Assembly: GCA_950097015.1 (NCBI GenBank)
Contig: CATNEN010000038.1
Location: 27,280,001 to 27,344,000, forward strand
From: Macrostomum hystrix
Lineage: Eukaryota; Animalia; Platyhelminthes
DNA length: 64,000 nucleotides
Direction of reading: 5' to 3'
How positions within the stretch are numbered: the stretch's first letter is position 1; each line of letters begins with the position of its first letter. Both the position numbers and the translations under genes were made by a program. Positions 52,301 through 64,000 of this stretch are shown here, one piece after another. The notes beneath the pieces were generated by a model. That model worked only from the letters and a program-made list of their open reading frames with translations, was not told the DNA's origin and ran no database searches.

Positions 52301-52366
52301 TAAGGCTGGTATTAATCTAGTAGCTAATGAAGCTAAGGCTGGTATTAATCTAGTAGCTAATGAAGC
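49332..52366. repeat. 33-bp minisatellite (aatctagtagctaatgaagctaaggctggtatt / ..cttgtgtt)
   Basis: About 92 units, with two main interspersed variants. Confidence 0.98.
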
Positions 52367-52368
52367 TC

Positions 52369-52437
52369 AGGGCCAACCTCCAAGGCACAGTGAGAGTGTA
52401 CACTGCCTGACGATGAGAAAGCCAAGGCAGATGTTAC
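52369..52437 (+). mobile_element. Fragment of second SINE family
   Basis: agggccaacctccaaggcacagtgagagtgtacactgcctgacgatgagaaag..ggcagatgt. Confidence 0.85.
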
Positions 52438-52566
52438 AGGAAAGCCTTTTCTACTGTAACAAGCAAAAATTTCTATTCCAAAGGCTGTAGAGGCAGGCAG
52501 ACCCACCTCCCTCCTCAGCAGTCTCTTCCCATCTATTTTGCTCAGTTGATATGCGGAAACTAGTCA

Positions 52567-52580
52567 GTTGCCATAGCAAC
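52567..52580. promoter_or_regulatory. RFX X-box consensus match
   Basis: GTTGCCATAGCAAC; a second near match GTTGCCATTAGCAAC at 52814-52828. Function not shown. Confidence 0.4.
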
Positions 52581-53117
52581 AGGGGTTTACGCTTGTCAAA
52601 TTTTTCCTTCCAACTATTTTTGAGTTTATTTTTTAACAGAAAACTGCTGCAAATATAAAGCTGTTGTGAGGTGGGATTAACGACTGTAACACTATTGGGA
52701 AGCGGCAGGCTAGCGACTACAATTTGCTGTACATTGAAACGAAATGATGCGATAGTACATTCTTCCCTCATTTCTCCCCTCTCTGGCCTTTCTCAATAGC
52801 TGAGACGGTATGTGTTGCCATTAGCAACCTGGCAAAGCAGATAAACAGCACAGGCAAGTCCGTGTTTTACGCCTGTTCATCTAATTTCAATTGTTACGAG
52901 CAATAAGAGGTAGAATTTAATTTAAACATTTTAAACAGACATTAGACAGAAGCGATTCGAACGTCAAACCGGGTCGCGAGTCGCGACGCGCGATGGCAAC
53001 TGTACTCGAATTTATTGACTCAAAGCTTCGAAGCCGCTGTAGAGGGGCTTTTATCCTGTTAAACTCATTCTGCCAATCAAGTACTTCATTCTAAGATGAA
53101 CTTAACAAATCTATCCG

Positions 53118-53770
53118 GTACTTCAGAGGGAGTACATGTACTTCAGTGTGTCTAACAGGTGCTTCATTCTGCCTAACATGTACTTCAGTGTGTCTAACAG
53201 GTGCTTCATTGTGTCTAACATGTACTTCAGTGTGTCTATCATGTACTTTATTCTGTCTAACATGTACTTCAGTGTGTCTATCATGTACTTCATTCTGTCT
53301 AACATGTACTTCATTCTGTCTAACATGTACTTCATTGTGTCTAACATGTACTTCATTCTGTCTAACATGTACTTCATTCTGTCTCACAGGTACTTCATTC
53401 TGTCTAACATGTACTTCATTCTGTCTCACAGGTACTTCATTGTGTCTAACATGTACTTCATTCTGTCTCACAGGTACTTCATTGTGTCTAACAGGTACTT
53501 CATTCTGTCTAACAGACCTACTTCATTCTGTCTAACAGGTACTTCATTCTGTCTAACAGGTACTTCATTCTGTCTAACAGGTACTTCATTCTGTCTAACA
53601 GGTACTTCATTCTGTCTCATAGGTACTTCATTCTGTCTAACATTTACTTCATTCTGTCTCACAGGTACTTCATTGTGTCTAACATGTACTTCATTCTGTC
53701 TAACATGTACTTCATTGTGTCTAACATGTACTTCATTCTGTCTAACATGTTCACCGTCTTGTCTAACAGA
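53118..53770. repeat. 21-bp minisatellite (tctaacaggtacttcattctg)
   Basis: About 30 units. Confidence 0.96.
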
Positions 53771-54197
53771 TGCTTGATCCTATTTAACAGTTTGTAGGTT
53801 TACTATTTAATATAACATTAAAACACTGAGAAGTAGTGAACCCTTTCTAAAGCCTTATATCTTGAAGCCTAGCGGAATCTATTTTTCAACCTAAAATGCA
53901 CTTTCTGAAAGCAAGAAGTGAGTTCACCAGATAAAGTCAAGGCATTGTTTAGCAGCTCTCATGCCTGTCAAACACTGCCAGTTATTTATTAACCTGCCTA
54001 GAATGCTGTTATATATTGAGCGATGGCGTTATACGAGTGCAAATATAAGCACTTAAACAAAGCATCAGTTTATAACTTCATTCTGAAACCCTGCGCAGAA
54101 ATATATTTTCAGTACTACTAACAGTAATAAACACAGTAACGGAAAAGTTCAATAACATTTAAAGTAATTTTTAAGTACATTTAGATTTTACAGGTCT

Positions 54198-55226
54198 ACA
54201 GCCTGTCTAACATGATTACAGCCTGTCTAACATGATTACAGCCTGTCTAACATGATTACAGCCTGTCTAACATGATTACAGCCTGTCTAACATGATTACA
54301 GCCTGTCTAACATGATTACAGCCTGTCTAACATGATTACAGCCTGTCTAACATGATTACAGCCTGGCTAACATGATTACAGCCTGGCTAACATGATTACA
54401 GCCTGTCTAACATGATTACAGCCTGTCTAACATGATTACAGCCTGTCTAACATGATTACAGCCTGGCTAACATGATTACAGCCTGGCTAACATGATTACA
54501 GCCTGGCTAACATGATTACAGCCTGTCTAACATGATTACAGCCTGTCTAACATGATTACAGCCTGTCTAACATGATTACAGCCTGTCTAACATGATTACA
54601 GCCTGTCTAACATGATTACAGCCTGTCTAACATGATTACAGCCTGTCTAACATGATTACAGCCTGGCTATCATGATTACAGCCTGGCTAACATGATTACA
54701 GCCTGTCTAACATGATTACAGCCTGTCTAACATGATTACAGCCTGGCTAACATGATTACAGCCTGTCTAACATGATTACAGCCTGTCTAACATGATTACA
54801 GCCTGTCTAACATGATTACAGCCTGGCTAACATGATTACAGCCTGGCTAACATGATTACAGCCTGTCTAACATGATTACAGCCTGTCTAACATGATTACA
54901 GCCTGTCTAACATGATTACAGCCTGTCTAACATGATTACAGCCTGTCTAACATGATTACAGCCTGGCTATCATGATTACAGCCTGGCTAACATGATTACA
55001 GCCTGTCTAACATGATTACAGCCTGTCTAACATGATTACAGCCTGTCTAACATGATTACAGCCTGTTTAACATGATTACAGCCTGGCTATCATGATTACA
55101 GCCTGGCTAACATGATTACAGCCTGTCTAACATGATTACAGCCTGTCTAACATGATTACAGCCTGTCTAACATGATTACAGCCTGTCTAACATGATTACA
55201 GCCTGTCTAACATGATTACAGCCTGT
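54198..55226. repeat. 20-bp minisatellite (cagcctgtctaacatgatta)
   Basis: About 51 units downstream of NOL9. Confidence 0.98.
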
Positions 55227-55453
55227 GTTTTAAAATACAATAATTAAAGTATAACAGTAAATATTTCACCCAAAATGACTTTAAGGTAATACACGAGTAA
55301 AAGTCTTCCAGAAAGCCAGAAAAAAGAAAACAGAACACTACAATTCAACATATTCGAATGATACAGCAAAGCAATAAAAAAAGGTTTAATTAATTGTGTC
55401 ATACAGCCAACACGAGCTTATAAATATTCATAGATTAATTAGAAGACAGTTAC

Positions 55454-58400
55454 TCATCGCTTAGCAAGGTGACGATGCTTTAACGGCCTACGCTCAGCCC
55501 GGAGGCGCAGAGAACCGATGCCGCAGTCGGGCATATCGCCGACGTACGGCGGCGGAGCGACAGTCGGCGAGTCGGCCGACAACGCGTCATCCAACGGTTT
55601 TGGCTGCAGGCGAGCGAGAAACGGCAGCGGCAGATCTGGCACGCAGTGCAAAATGAACTGAACTCTTGGCAGCCGGTCCGGTTGCAGCCACGTCTGAATG
55701 CACAGCTCGTGTCTGGCTGTATCAACGCATCGAACTAAGCCGACGCCGATGCAGCCGTGCCTGTCCGGCATGCGGTTAAGCCGACACAATAGGCGGTGAT
55801 TCTTTGCCTGCGATGATGACGTAGGATTGTCCGCGGACTGGTCGAAATTGTCTTCGTCAATAGTGCACAGGCCAACTAAAGAGGCGTTTAGGACCTGCGA
55901 GTTAACCGAGGAAGAATTTCAATTATTTTTTTGAATATCACAAATCTCAGGTATTGTTGGTCATAGAAGTTTATTAGGGCGAGAATCTCAGGTATTCTTG
56001 GTCATAGAAGTTTATTAGGGCGAGAATCTCAGGTATTCTTGGTCATAAAGTTTATTAGGGCGAGAATCTCAGGTATTCTTGGTCATAAAGTTTATTAGGG
56101 CGAGAATCTCAGGTATTCTTGGTCATAAAGTTTATTAGGGCGAGAATCTCAGGTATTTTTGGTCATAGAAGTTTATTAGGGCGAGAATCTCAGGTATTTT
56201 TGGTCATAAAGTTTATTAGGGCGAGAATCTCAGGTATTTTTGGTCATAAAGTTTATTAGGGCGAGAATCTCAGGTATTCTTGGTCATAGAAGTTTATTCG
56301 GGCGAGAATCTCAGGTATTTTTGGTCATAGAAGTTTATTAGGGCGAGAATCTTAGGTATCGCAAGAATCTGAGGTATTTTAGGTCATAGTTTATGACGAG
56401 AATCTGAGGTATTTTCTGCAATAGTTTATGACCAGAATCTGAGGTATTTTCTGTCATTCTTTATGACCAGAATCTGAGGTATTTTCTGTCATTCTTTATG
56501 ACGAGAATCTAAGATATTTTCTGTCATTCTTTATGACGAGAATCTGAGATATTTTCTGCCATAGTTTATGACGAGAATCTGAGGTATTTTCTGCAATAGT
56601 TTATGACCAGAATCTGAGGTATTTTCTGTCATTCTTTATGACCAGAATCTGAGGTATTTTCTGTCATTCTTTATGACCAGAATCTGAGGTATTTTCTGTC
56701 ATTCTTTATGACCAGAATCTGAGGTATTTTCTGTCATTCTTTATGACCAGAATCTGAGATATTTTCTGTCATTCTTTATGACGAGAATCTGAGATATTTT
56801 CTGTCACTCTTTATGACGAGAATCTGAGACATTTTCGGTCATTCTTTATGACGAGAATCTTAGATATTTTCTGTCATTCTTTATGACCAGAATCTGAGGT
56901 ATTTTCTGCCATAGTTTATGACCAGAACCTGAGGCATTTTCTGCCATAGTTTATGACCAGAATCTGAGGTATTTTCTGTCATTCTTTATGACCAGAATCT
57001 GAGATATTTTCTGTCATTCTTTATGACGAGAATCTGAGATATTTTCTGTTATTCTTTATGACGAGAATCTTAGATATTTTCTGTCATTCTTTATGACCAG
57101 AATCTGGGGTATTTTCTGCCCTAGTTTATGACCAGAATCTGAGGTATTTTCTGCCATAGTTTATGACCAGAATCTGAGGTATTTTCTGTCATTCTTTATG
57201 ACCAGAATCTGAGGTATTTTCTGTCATTCTTTATGACCAGAATCTGAGATATTTTCTGTCATTCTTTATGACCAGAATCTGAGGTATTTTCTGCCATAGT
57301 TTATGACCAGAACCTGAGGTATTTTATGTCATTCTTTATGACCAGAACCTGAGGTATTTTCTGCCATAGTTTATGACCAGAATCTGAGGTTTTTTCGGTC
57401 ATAGCCTTAACCTTGTCCAATGAGCCAGCGCTGAGGCTGTCTCTACCGGAGCCGGCAACGAACACGCCCTCCAGTGTATGAAACGGCACCCGATATACCG
57501 GACAATTGTTCAACGGCAGAATGGTAGCCAAAACCGACAATTCGCGCTGTTGCGGCGCACCGTATCGGGTTGGCTGACTGCGCAATTTGCCCGGCACGCA
57601 GATTAACAAATACTGGGCCATAGCGCTTTTGTCGCTGTTAGTAGTATTATTAGTAGTTGTTGTTGTCATTGGTAACGGCGGTTGCCAAGAGCGTAATCTC
57701 GGCGACGAAGAATCGTTCCATAAGTAGTCCGGAGTAAGAAGTGATGGCAAATTTCTACTTGGCAATTCAGATTCAATTTGAATTAAATAGCTGGGCGATA
57801 ATAGGCGAATAGTCTCGCATAGTAACACCAGGCCAAGGCCATTTGTCCAGCCCATTGTGTTAACTACTAGAGGGTGGCTTAGCTCCGAGGCTAATGCTGT
57901 CAGGCGAGCTACAGCGGATAAATAGTCAGTGGGGCTGCCCGGACTGCAGCCGCCGAGACAGCAGGCGGCTATGATGCTGGGTCGGTGATCTTGCTCGCGG
58001 CTGGTCGAGTCGTCAGTTGAGCAGTCGCTAGTGGCGCCGGTTACTGACGCACTGAGTTGATTGAAAATGAAAGTTTTGGTTAGCTGCATAAATATACATA
58101 ATTTGAGAATTTAAAATGGTGCTAAAAAGCCACTGTTTATGCTTGAGTTTAGCTATGATGACGACCTAATAAGAGCGAACAAAAAACTGACAGACATAGA
58201 ATATAACGCCAAACAGAACAGACAGACAGACAGACAGGCTGACAGACAGACAGAAAGGCTGACAGACAGACAGCCATCAAAAGCTCTTCGCTGTCCAAAG
58301 CCACCGGACCGGACGGCCTTTCCCCCATCGTCCTGAAGCATCTTGGACCAAGGGGAATTGCCTTCCTCTGCTGCTTATTCAATCTGAGCCTTACCACCAG

Positions 58401-61400
58401 TATCGTTCCTAGCACCTGGATTTCTGCCAAGGTAGTGCCTCTTCTCAAAGCGGACAATGATGCTACCTGCAGCTCTTCCTACAGGCCTATCTCCATCCTT
58501 TCTCTAGCCGCCAAATTGCTGGAAAAGTGCCTGCTGTCCACCTTTCAGAGCGCACTCCTGCTTCCCACCTGGCAGCATGGCTTCCGCGCGGGGCACTCCA
58601 CCACCACCGCCCTCACCAGCCTCAACAGCTCCATCAGCAACGGCCTTAACCAACCTAAACCTGCTGAGAGGACTCTGCTCGTCGCACTTGATCTGCAAAA
58701 AGCATTCGACAAAGTTAATCATGCCAAGCTCCTCCGGATGCTCTTCAACTCCAGCCTTCCGAAATGCCTCACCAGGTGGCTCAGTGCGTACCTATGCGGT
58801 CGGAGCACGAGAGTCCTCTTCCGCGGCTCGCTCTCCTCGGCCAGGCGTCTCAGAGCGGGCGTGCCTCAGGGAGGGGTTCTGTCCCCGCTTCTCTTTGCCT
58901 TTTACATGAGCGACATCCCGGCTCCTCCTGCCCAGATCCAGCTGACTCAATATGCTGACTCCCTGCTTGTCACCTACAAAGCTGTCTCCAGGGCCCACGT
59001 CAACTACTGAGCTCCTGTCTGGGCGCCCTACCTCAGCCCCTCCAGCTGGTCGCTTATCCAGACTGCGCAGAACGCAGCGCTTAGAATCATCACCGGGTGC
59101 CACAGCTGCTCGGGCATCGATCATCTCAATGACGAATGTATGATCCTGCCGGTGTCCCTGCACTCTGAACTTCTGGCAGCGCAGTTCTGAGTGCAAGCGC
59201 TTCATCCGTGCCACCCATGTCATCACCTATCGCTCGTCCTAGCCCCGCGGCGGCAACTCCGCTCGTCGCTCACCTCCTGCGCCACCAACTTCATCAACGT
59301 GCATCAGCCGCTTCTCCGTCCTTCCTCCGGTCCGCTCACCACCCACCAACTTTCCAACGCCCTCCACACCGCTTGCGTGCAGAAACGCCTGCTGGACCGG
59401 CAACCTAATCGGGTCCTCGGCGCGCCACCGCCTGTGATCGACGCTTCCGAGACGCAGTTGCCGCGCTTCGCCCGGGCCACGCTAGCCCAACTCCGGTCGG
59501 GTTTCTGCCTTCACCTGGCCAGTTATAAGCACCGCCTCGGCCAGGAGTCGCCTGCCACCTGCCCGCGGTGCCACGGCGAGGAAGAGTCGGTCACGCATCT
59601 GTTCGCCTGCCCGGCTCGTCCCACCTCGCTCGTCCCGCGGGATCTCTGGTCCCAGCCCAAGACCGTCTGGGCCCTCTTCGCCGAGCTTTTCCCAGGAGCA
59701 GGTACTGGCCCTGGCCCGCCGAGCCCAGGTTAACATACACAGATGGAAAGGCTGACAGACAGGCAGGCAGGCAGACAGCTAGCAAGGACTAATAAGCAAA
59801 AGATGAGTAATAACCAAAAATAGCGTTGACTATCCAGCCAGCTCACCAAGTATCTTTAGGCAGCTCCTGTGCAGCGAATGCCTGATGAGTGAAGGGCGGC
59901 CCCAGCAGCGGCTGACGCACCAGAGTGAGGGACAAAAATCCCGGCGGAGTAAACTCAGTCTGGCCTGGGTCGCAGTCCAGGTAGGCGACACCTGTTTGGA
60001 CAGACGGTGGGTGCTGCGAGTGCGGCTTCAAGGTATTCGTCGAGGTCAAGCCTTGATTGTCGCCTTAAACTTGGCTTGGCTACAATTCTCGCCCTAAACC
60101 TATAACGGCGAAGCTAAGATTCACGCCTTAAAACAAATGACGGCGAATCAAAGATTCTCGCCCGAAACCTATAACGGCGAAGCTAAGAATCTCGCCTTAA
60201 AACAAATGACGACGAAGCTAAGATTCTCGCCTTAAAACAAATGACGGCGAATCAAAGATTCTCGCCCGAAACCTATAACGGCGAAGCTAAGAATCTCGCC
60301 TTAAAACAAATGACGACGAAGCTAAGATTCTCGCCTTAAAACAAATGACAACGAAGCTAAGATTCTCGCCCTAAACATGTAACGGCGAAACTAAGATTCT
60401 CGCCTTAAAACAAATGACGGCGAATCAAAGATTCTTGCCCTAACCCTATAACGGCGAAGCTTAGAATCTCGCCTTAAAACAAATGACGGCGAAGCCAAGA
60501 TTCTCGCCTTAAAACAAATGACGACGAAGCTTAGATTCTCGCCTTAAAACAAATGACGGCGAAGCCAAGATTCTCGCCTTAAAAAATGACGGCGAAGCTA
60601 AGAATCTCGCCTTAAAACAAATGACGACGAAGCTTAGATTCTCGCCTTAGAACAAATGACGGCGAATCAAAGATTCTCGCCCTAAACCTATAACGGCGAA
60701 GCTTAGAATATCGCCTTTAAACAAATGACGGCGAATCAAAGATTCTCGCCCTAAACCTATAACGGCGAAGCTAAGATTCTCGCCCTAAACCTATAACGGC
60801 GAAGCTAAGATTCTCGCCCTAAACCTAGAGCCTTTCGCCTTACTAAGAGAAGCAGTTTTCCTTCAATTGCAAATCACATACCATCAACACCAGCAGACAG
60901 AAGTTGATTAACTAGGCACCTGGAAATGCTACTCTTGCCGGAGTTTCTAGGACCGCAGACAACAAACTGCTGCTGTTTCTTATCCTTCTGATTGCACGCA
61001 GCGGCTGCAGCAGCGGCGACAGCATCGCCAATTCGACCTGTCCAAAGCTGATCGTCTGGCAGGTGAACGCGAAACTCATCCGAGACGGAGCGAAGAAGCT
61101 TAACTGAGCCAAGATACAAGCGATGAGTTGGCGACTCGGACACCAGCTGCAAACTGAGCGGATGATGCTTCGGCGGCGCTAGCACGTACCTTAGGGATCG
61201 GGATTTGGTTTTCATCAATACTGACGCATTCATTGGAGACAGTGGAAGCAGGTAAGCAGGCACACGCTCACACAGGTGTGTACTTTCACTGTGCCTTGGA
61301 GGTTGGCCCTCAAAAGGCTGTAAATTGCACGACAAGGCACCAAGCCTTTTCTACGCGGACCTTGCAGCGAGAGGCAAAATGAGCAAGACTTGCCCTGCCA

Positions 61401-62022
61401 CTCAACCCATGGATAGCTCTAATACACGAACGTACGTTTCCCGACCCTAAGCGGATTCGAACCCAGGGACTTTGGTACAATTAGGTAGGCGTTTTTCAAG
61501 CAAAAAACATATTTGAAGGTAGACTAACTTGAAAATGTGATGTTTAGCGAAGGCCTCGCCGTAGCCCACTGGTCGCAATGGTTTGCAAGCTAGGGCGCAA
61601 AATTTTCTATTAGAAAATCGATCAGAATTGCTAGATACTACTTGTAGTACGCTGTTTAACAAACTCGATTCCGGATCTACTTTGTCAGGCTTGTATAAAT
61701 CAATAGGCCCATACTGCAATTCAATAGAGAGCCAACTAATATTCTCAGTCGAGTAAACAGGGAACCATTCGCTTTGTCGCAAATTAAATTGTACAATTTT
61801 TCCACCGCCAATTAGACAGTTGAGATTACAACAGCCGCAAATCACGGCAATAGAGTCTGAGTCTTCTGCTACTGCTCCAGTAGCAATGTCTGGTTCCAGA
61901 AACAGAGCTACACTAACAGATTGATTAGGAAAATCTAATCTATAGCAATCATTGTCCAGCTGAATCAGATTGGGCTGTAGATCCGAGTCGCTAGTCATTT
62001 GATGATCCTGTTCCGATTTCAT
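55454..62022 (-). CDS. NOL9: Polynucleotide 5'-hydroxyl kinase NOL9/Grc3 (Clp1 family), ~663 aa
   Basis: Exons 62022-61529, 61153-60882, 59991-59847, 58051-57412, 55894-55454; phases consistent. Walker A VCGPRNSGKS, YLDCDPGQTEFTPPG, PLLGPPFTH, PLVVNTMGW..GLG, LNASLVGLC, CIGVGLVRCVD. The start could be ATG 62022 or 61998. Confidence 0.92.
55940..57400. repeat. Two adjoining related minisatellites (~39-41 bp then 35 bp; core gagaatct.aggtatt)
   Basis: Fill NOL9 intron 4 (55895-57411); the unit switches near 56360. Confidence 0.95.
58273..59733 (+). mobile_element. 5'-truncated, internally deleted non-LTR retrotransposon (RT plus C-terminal CCHC; possibly Ingi/Vingi-like) in NOL9 intron 3
   Basis: KATGPDG, W..AKVVPLLK, SYRPISILS..AKLLEK, QHGFR..HSTT, ALDLQKAFDKVNH, GVPQGGVLSPLLF, YAD, then LAQLRSG..CPRC...ESVTHLFACP..DLW. 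In-frame stops present; no endonuclease. Clade is tentative. Confidence 0.92.
60083..60828. repeat. 34-35-bp minisatellite (agattctcgccttaaaacaaatgacggcgaagcta)
   Basis: NOL9 intron 2. Confidence 0.95.
61255..61446 (-). mobile_element. Second-family SINE copy, diverged, in NOL9 intron 1
   Basis: Reverse complement of aaggcttggtgccttgtcgtgcaatttacagcc..gagggccaacctccaaggcacagtgaaagtacac. Ends approximate. Confidence 0.75.
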
Positions 62023-64000
62023 TGTGTCTAACATGTACTTCATTCTGTCTCACAGGTACTTCATTGTGTCTAACAGGTACTTCATTCTGTCTAACAGACC
62101 TACTTCATTCTGTCTAACAGGTACTTCATTCTGTCTAACAGGTACTTCATTCTGTCTAACAGGTACTTCATTCTGTCTAACAGGTACTTCATTCTGTCTC
62201 ATAGGTACTTCATTCTGTCTAACATTTACTTCATTCTGTCTCACAGGTACTTCATTGTGTCTAACATGTACTTCATTCTGTCTAACATGTACTTCATTGT
62301 GTCTAACATGTACTTCATTCTGTCTAACATGTTCACCGTCTTGTCTAACAGATGCTTGATCCTATTTAACAGTTTGTAGGTTTACTATTTAATATAACAT
62401 TAAAACACTGAGAAGTAGTGAACCCTTTCTAAAGCCTTATATCTTGAAGCCTAGCGGAATCTATTTTTCAACCTAAAATGCACTTTCTGAAAGCAAGAAG
62501 TGAGTTCACCAGATAAAGTCAAGGCATTGTTTAGCAGCTCTCATGCCTGTCAAACACTGCCAGTTATTTATTAACCTGCCTAGAATGCTGTTATATATTG
62601 AGCGATGGCGTTATACGAGTGCAAATATAAGCACTTAAACAAAGCATCAGTTTATAACTTCATTCTGAAACCCTGCGCAGAAATATATTTTCAGTACTAC
62701 TAACAGTAATAAACACAGTAACGGAAAAGTTCAATAACATTTAAAGTAATTTTTAAGTACATTTAGATTTTACAGGTCTACAGCCTGTCTAACATGATTA
62801 CAGCCTGTCTAACATGATTACAGCCTGTCTAACATGATTACAGCCTGTCTAACATGATTACAGCCTGTCTAACATGATTACAGCCTGTCTAACATGATTA
62901 CAGCCTGTCTAACATGATTACAGCCTGTCTAACATGATTACAGCCTGGCTAACATGATTACAGCCTGTCTAACATGATTACAGCCTGTCTAACATGATTA
63001 CAGCCTGTCTAACATGATTACAGCCTGTCTAACATGATTACAGCCTGTCTAACATGATTACAGCCTGGCTAACATGATTACAGCCTGGCTAACATGATTA
63101 CAGCCTGTCTAACATGATTACAGCCTGTCTAACATGATTACAGCCTGTCTAACATGATTACAGCCTGTCTAACATGATTACAGCCTGGCTAACATGATTA
63201 CAGCCTGGCTAACATGATTACAGCCTGTCTAACATGATTACAGCCTGTCTAACATGATTACAGCCTGTCTAACATGATTACAGCCTGGCTAACATGATTA
63301 CAGCCTGGCTAACATGATTACAGCCTGGCTAACATGATTACAGCCTGTCTAACATGATTACAGCCTGTCTAACATGATTACAGCCTGTCTAACATGATTA
63401 CAGCCTGTCTAACATGATTACAGCCTGTCTAACATGATTACAGCCTGTCTAACATGATTACAGCCTGTCTAACATGATTACAGCCTGGCTATCATGATTA
63501 CAGCCTGGCTAACATGATTACAGCCTGTCTAACATGATTACAGCCTGTCTAACATGATTACAGCCTGGCTAACATGATTACAGCCTGTCTAACATGATTA
63601 CAGCCTGTCTAACATGATTACAGCCTGTCTAACATGATTACAGCCTGGCTAACATGATTACAGCCTGGCTAACATGATTACAGCCTGTCTAACATGATTA
63701 CAGCCTGTCTAACATGATTACAGCCTGTCTAACATGATTACAGCCTGTCTAACATGATTACAGCCTGTCTAACATGATTACAGCCTGGCTATCATGATTA
63801 CAGCCTGGCTAACATGATTACAGCCTGTCTAACATGATTACAGCCTGTCTAACATGATTACAGCCTGTCTAACATGATTACAGCCTGTTTAACATGATTA
63901 CAGCCTGGCTATCATGATTACAGCCTGGCTAACATGATTACAGCCTGTCTAACATGATTACAGCCTGTCTAACATGATTACAGCCTGTCTAACATGATTA
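62018..64000 (+). repeat. Segmental direct repeat of 53436-55225 (offset 8582 bp): 21-bp array, unique spacer, 20-bp array
   Basis: Unique spacer 53770-54198 reads identical to 62352-62780; duplicated ORFs 53468-53662 and 62050-62244. Confidence 0.95.

Overview
Eukaryotic (animal) genomic DNA with spliced genes, not a prokaryotic window. Intron style and extreme minisatellite load resemble a macrostomid flatworm, but this is an inference. Five multi-exon genes were reconstructed by hand, with GT-AG junctions and consistent phases. On +: SLBP (2 exons), HEMK1/PrmC-like Gln methyltransferase (7 exons) and a PLEKHG7-like DH-PH RhoGEF (16 exons). On -: a GT32/DXD glycosyltransferase (4 exons) and NOL9/Grc3 polynucleotide kinase (5 exons). 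Roughly half the window is tandem repeat: over 25 distinct micro/minisatellites fill most long introns and intergenic gaps and account for nearly all long ORFs in the track. Mobile elements are two MITE-like DNA elements, two tRNA-derived SINE families and a truncated, internally deleted non-LTR retrotransposon. A block downstream of NOL9 (53436-55225) recurs 8582 bp away, fused at the NOL9 start codon, which suggests a tandem duplication. I found no clearly novel system; the best leads are in findings.
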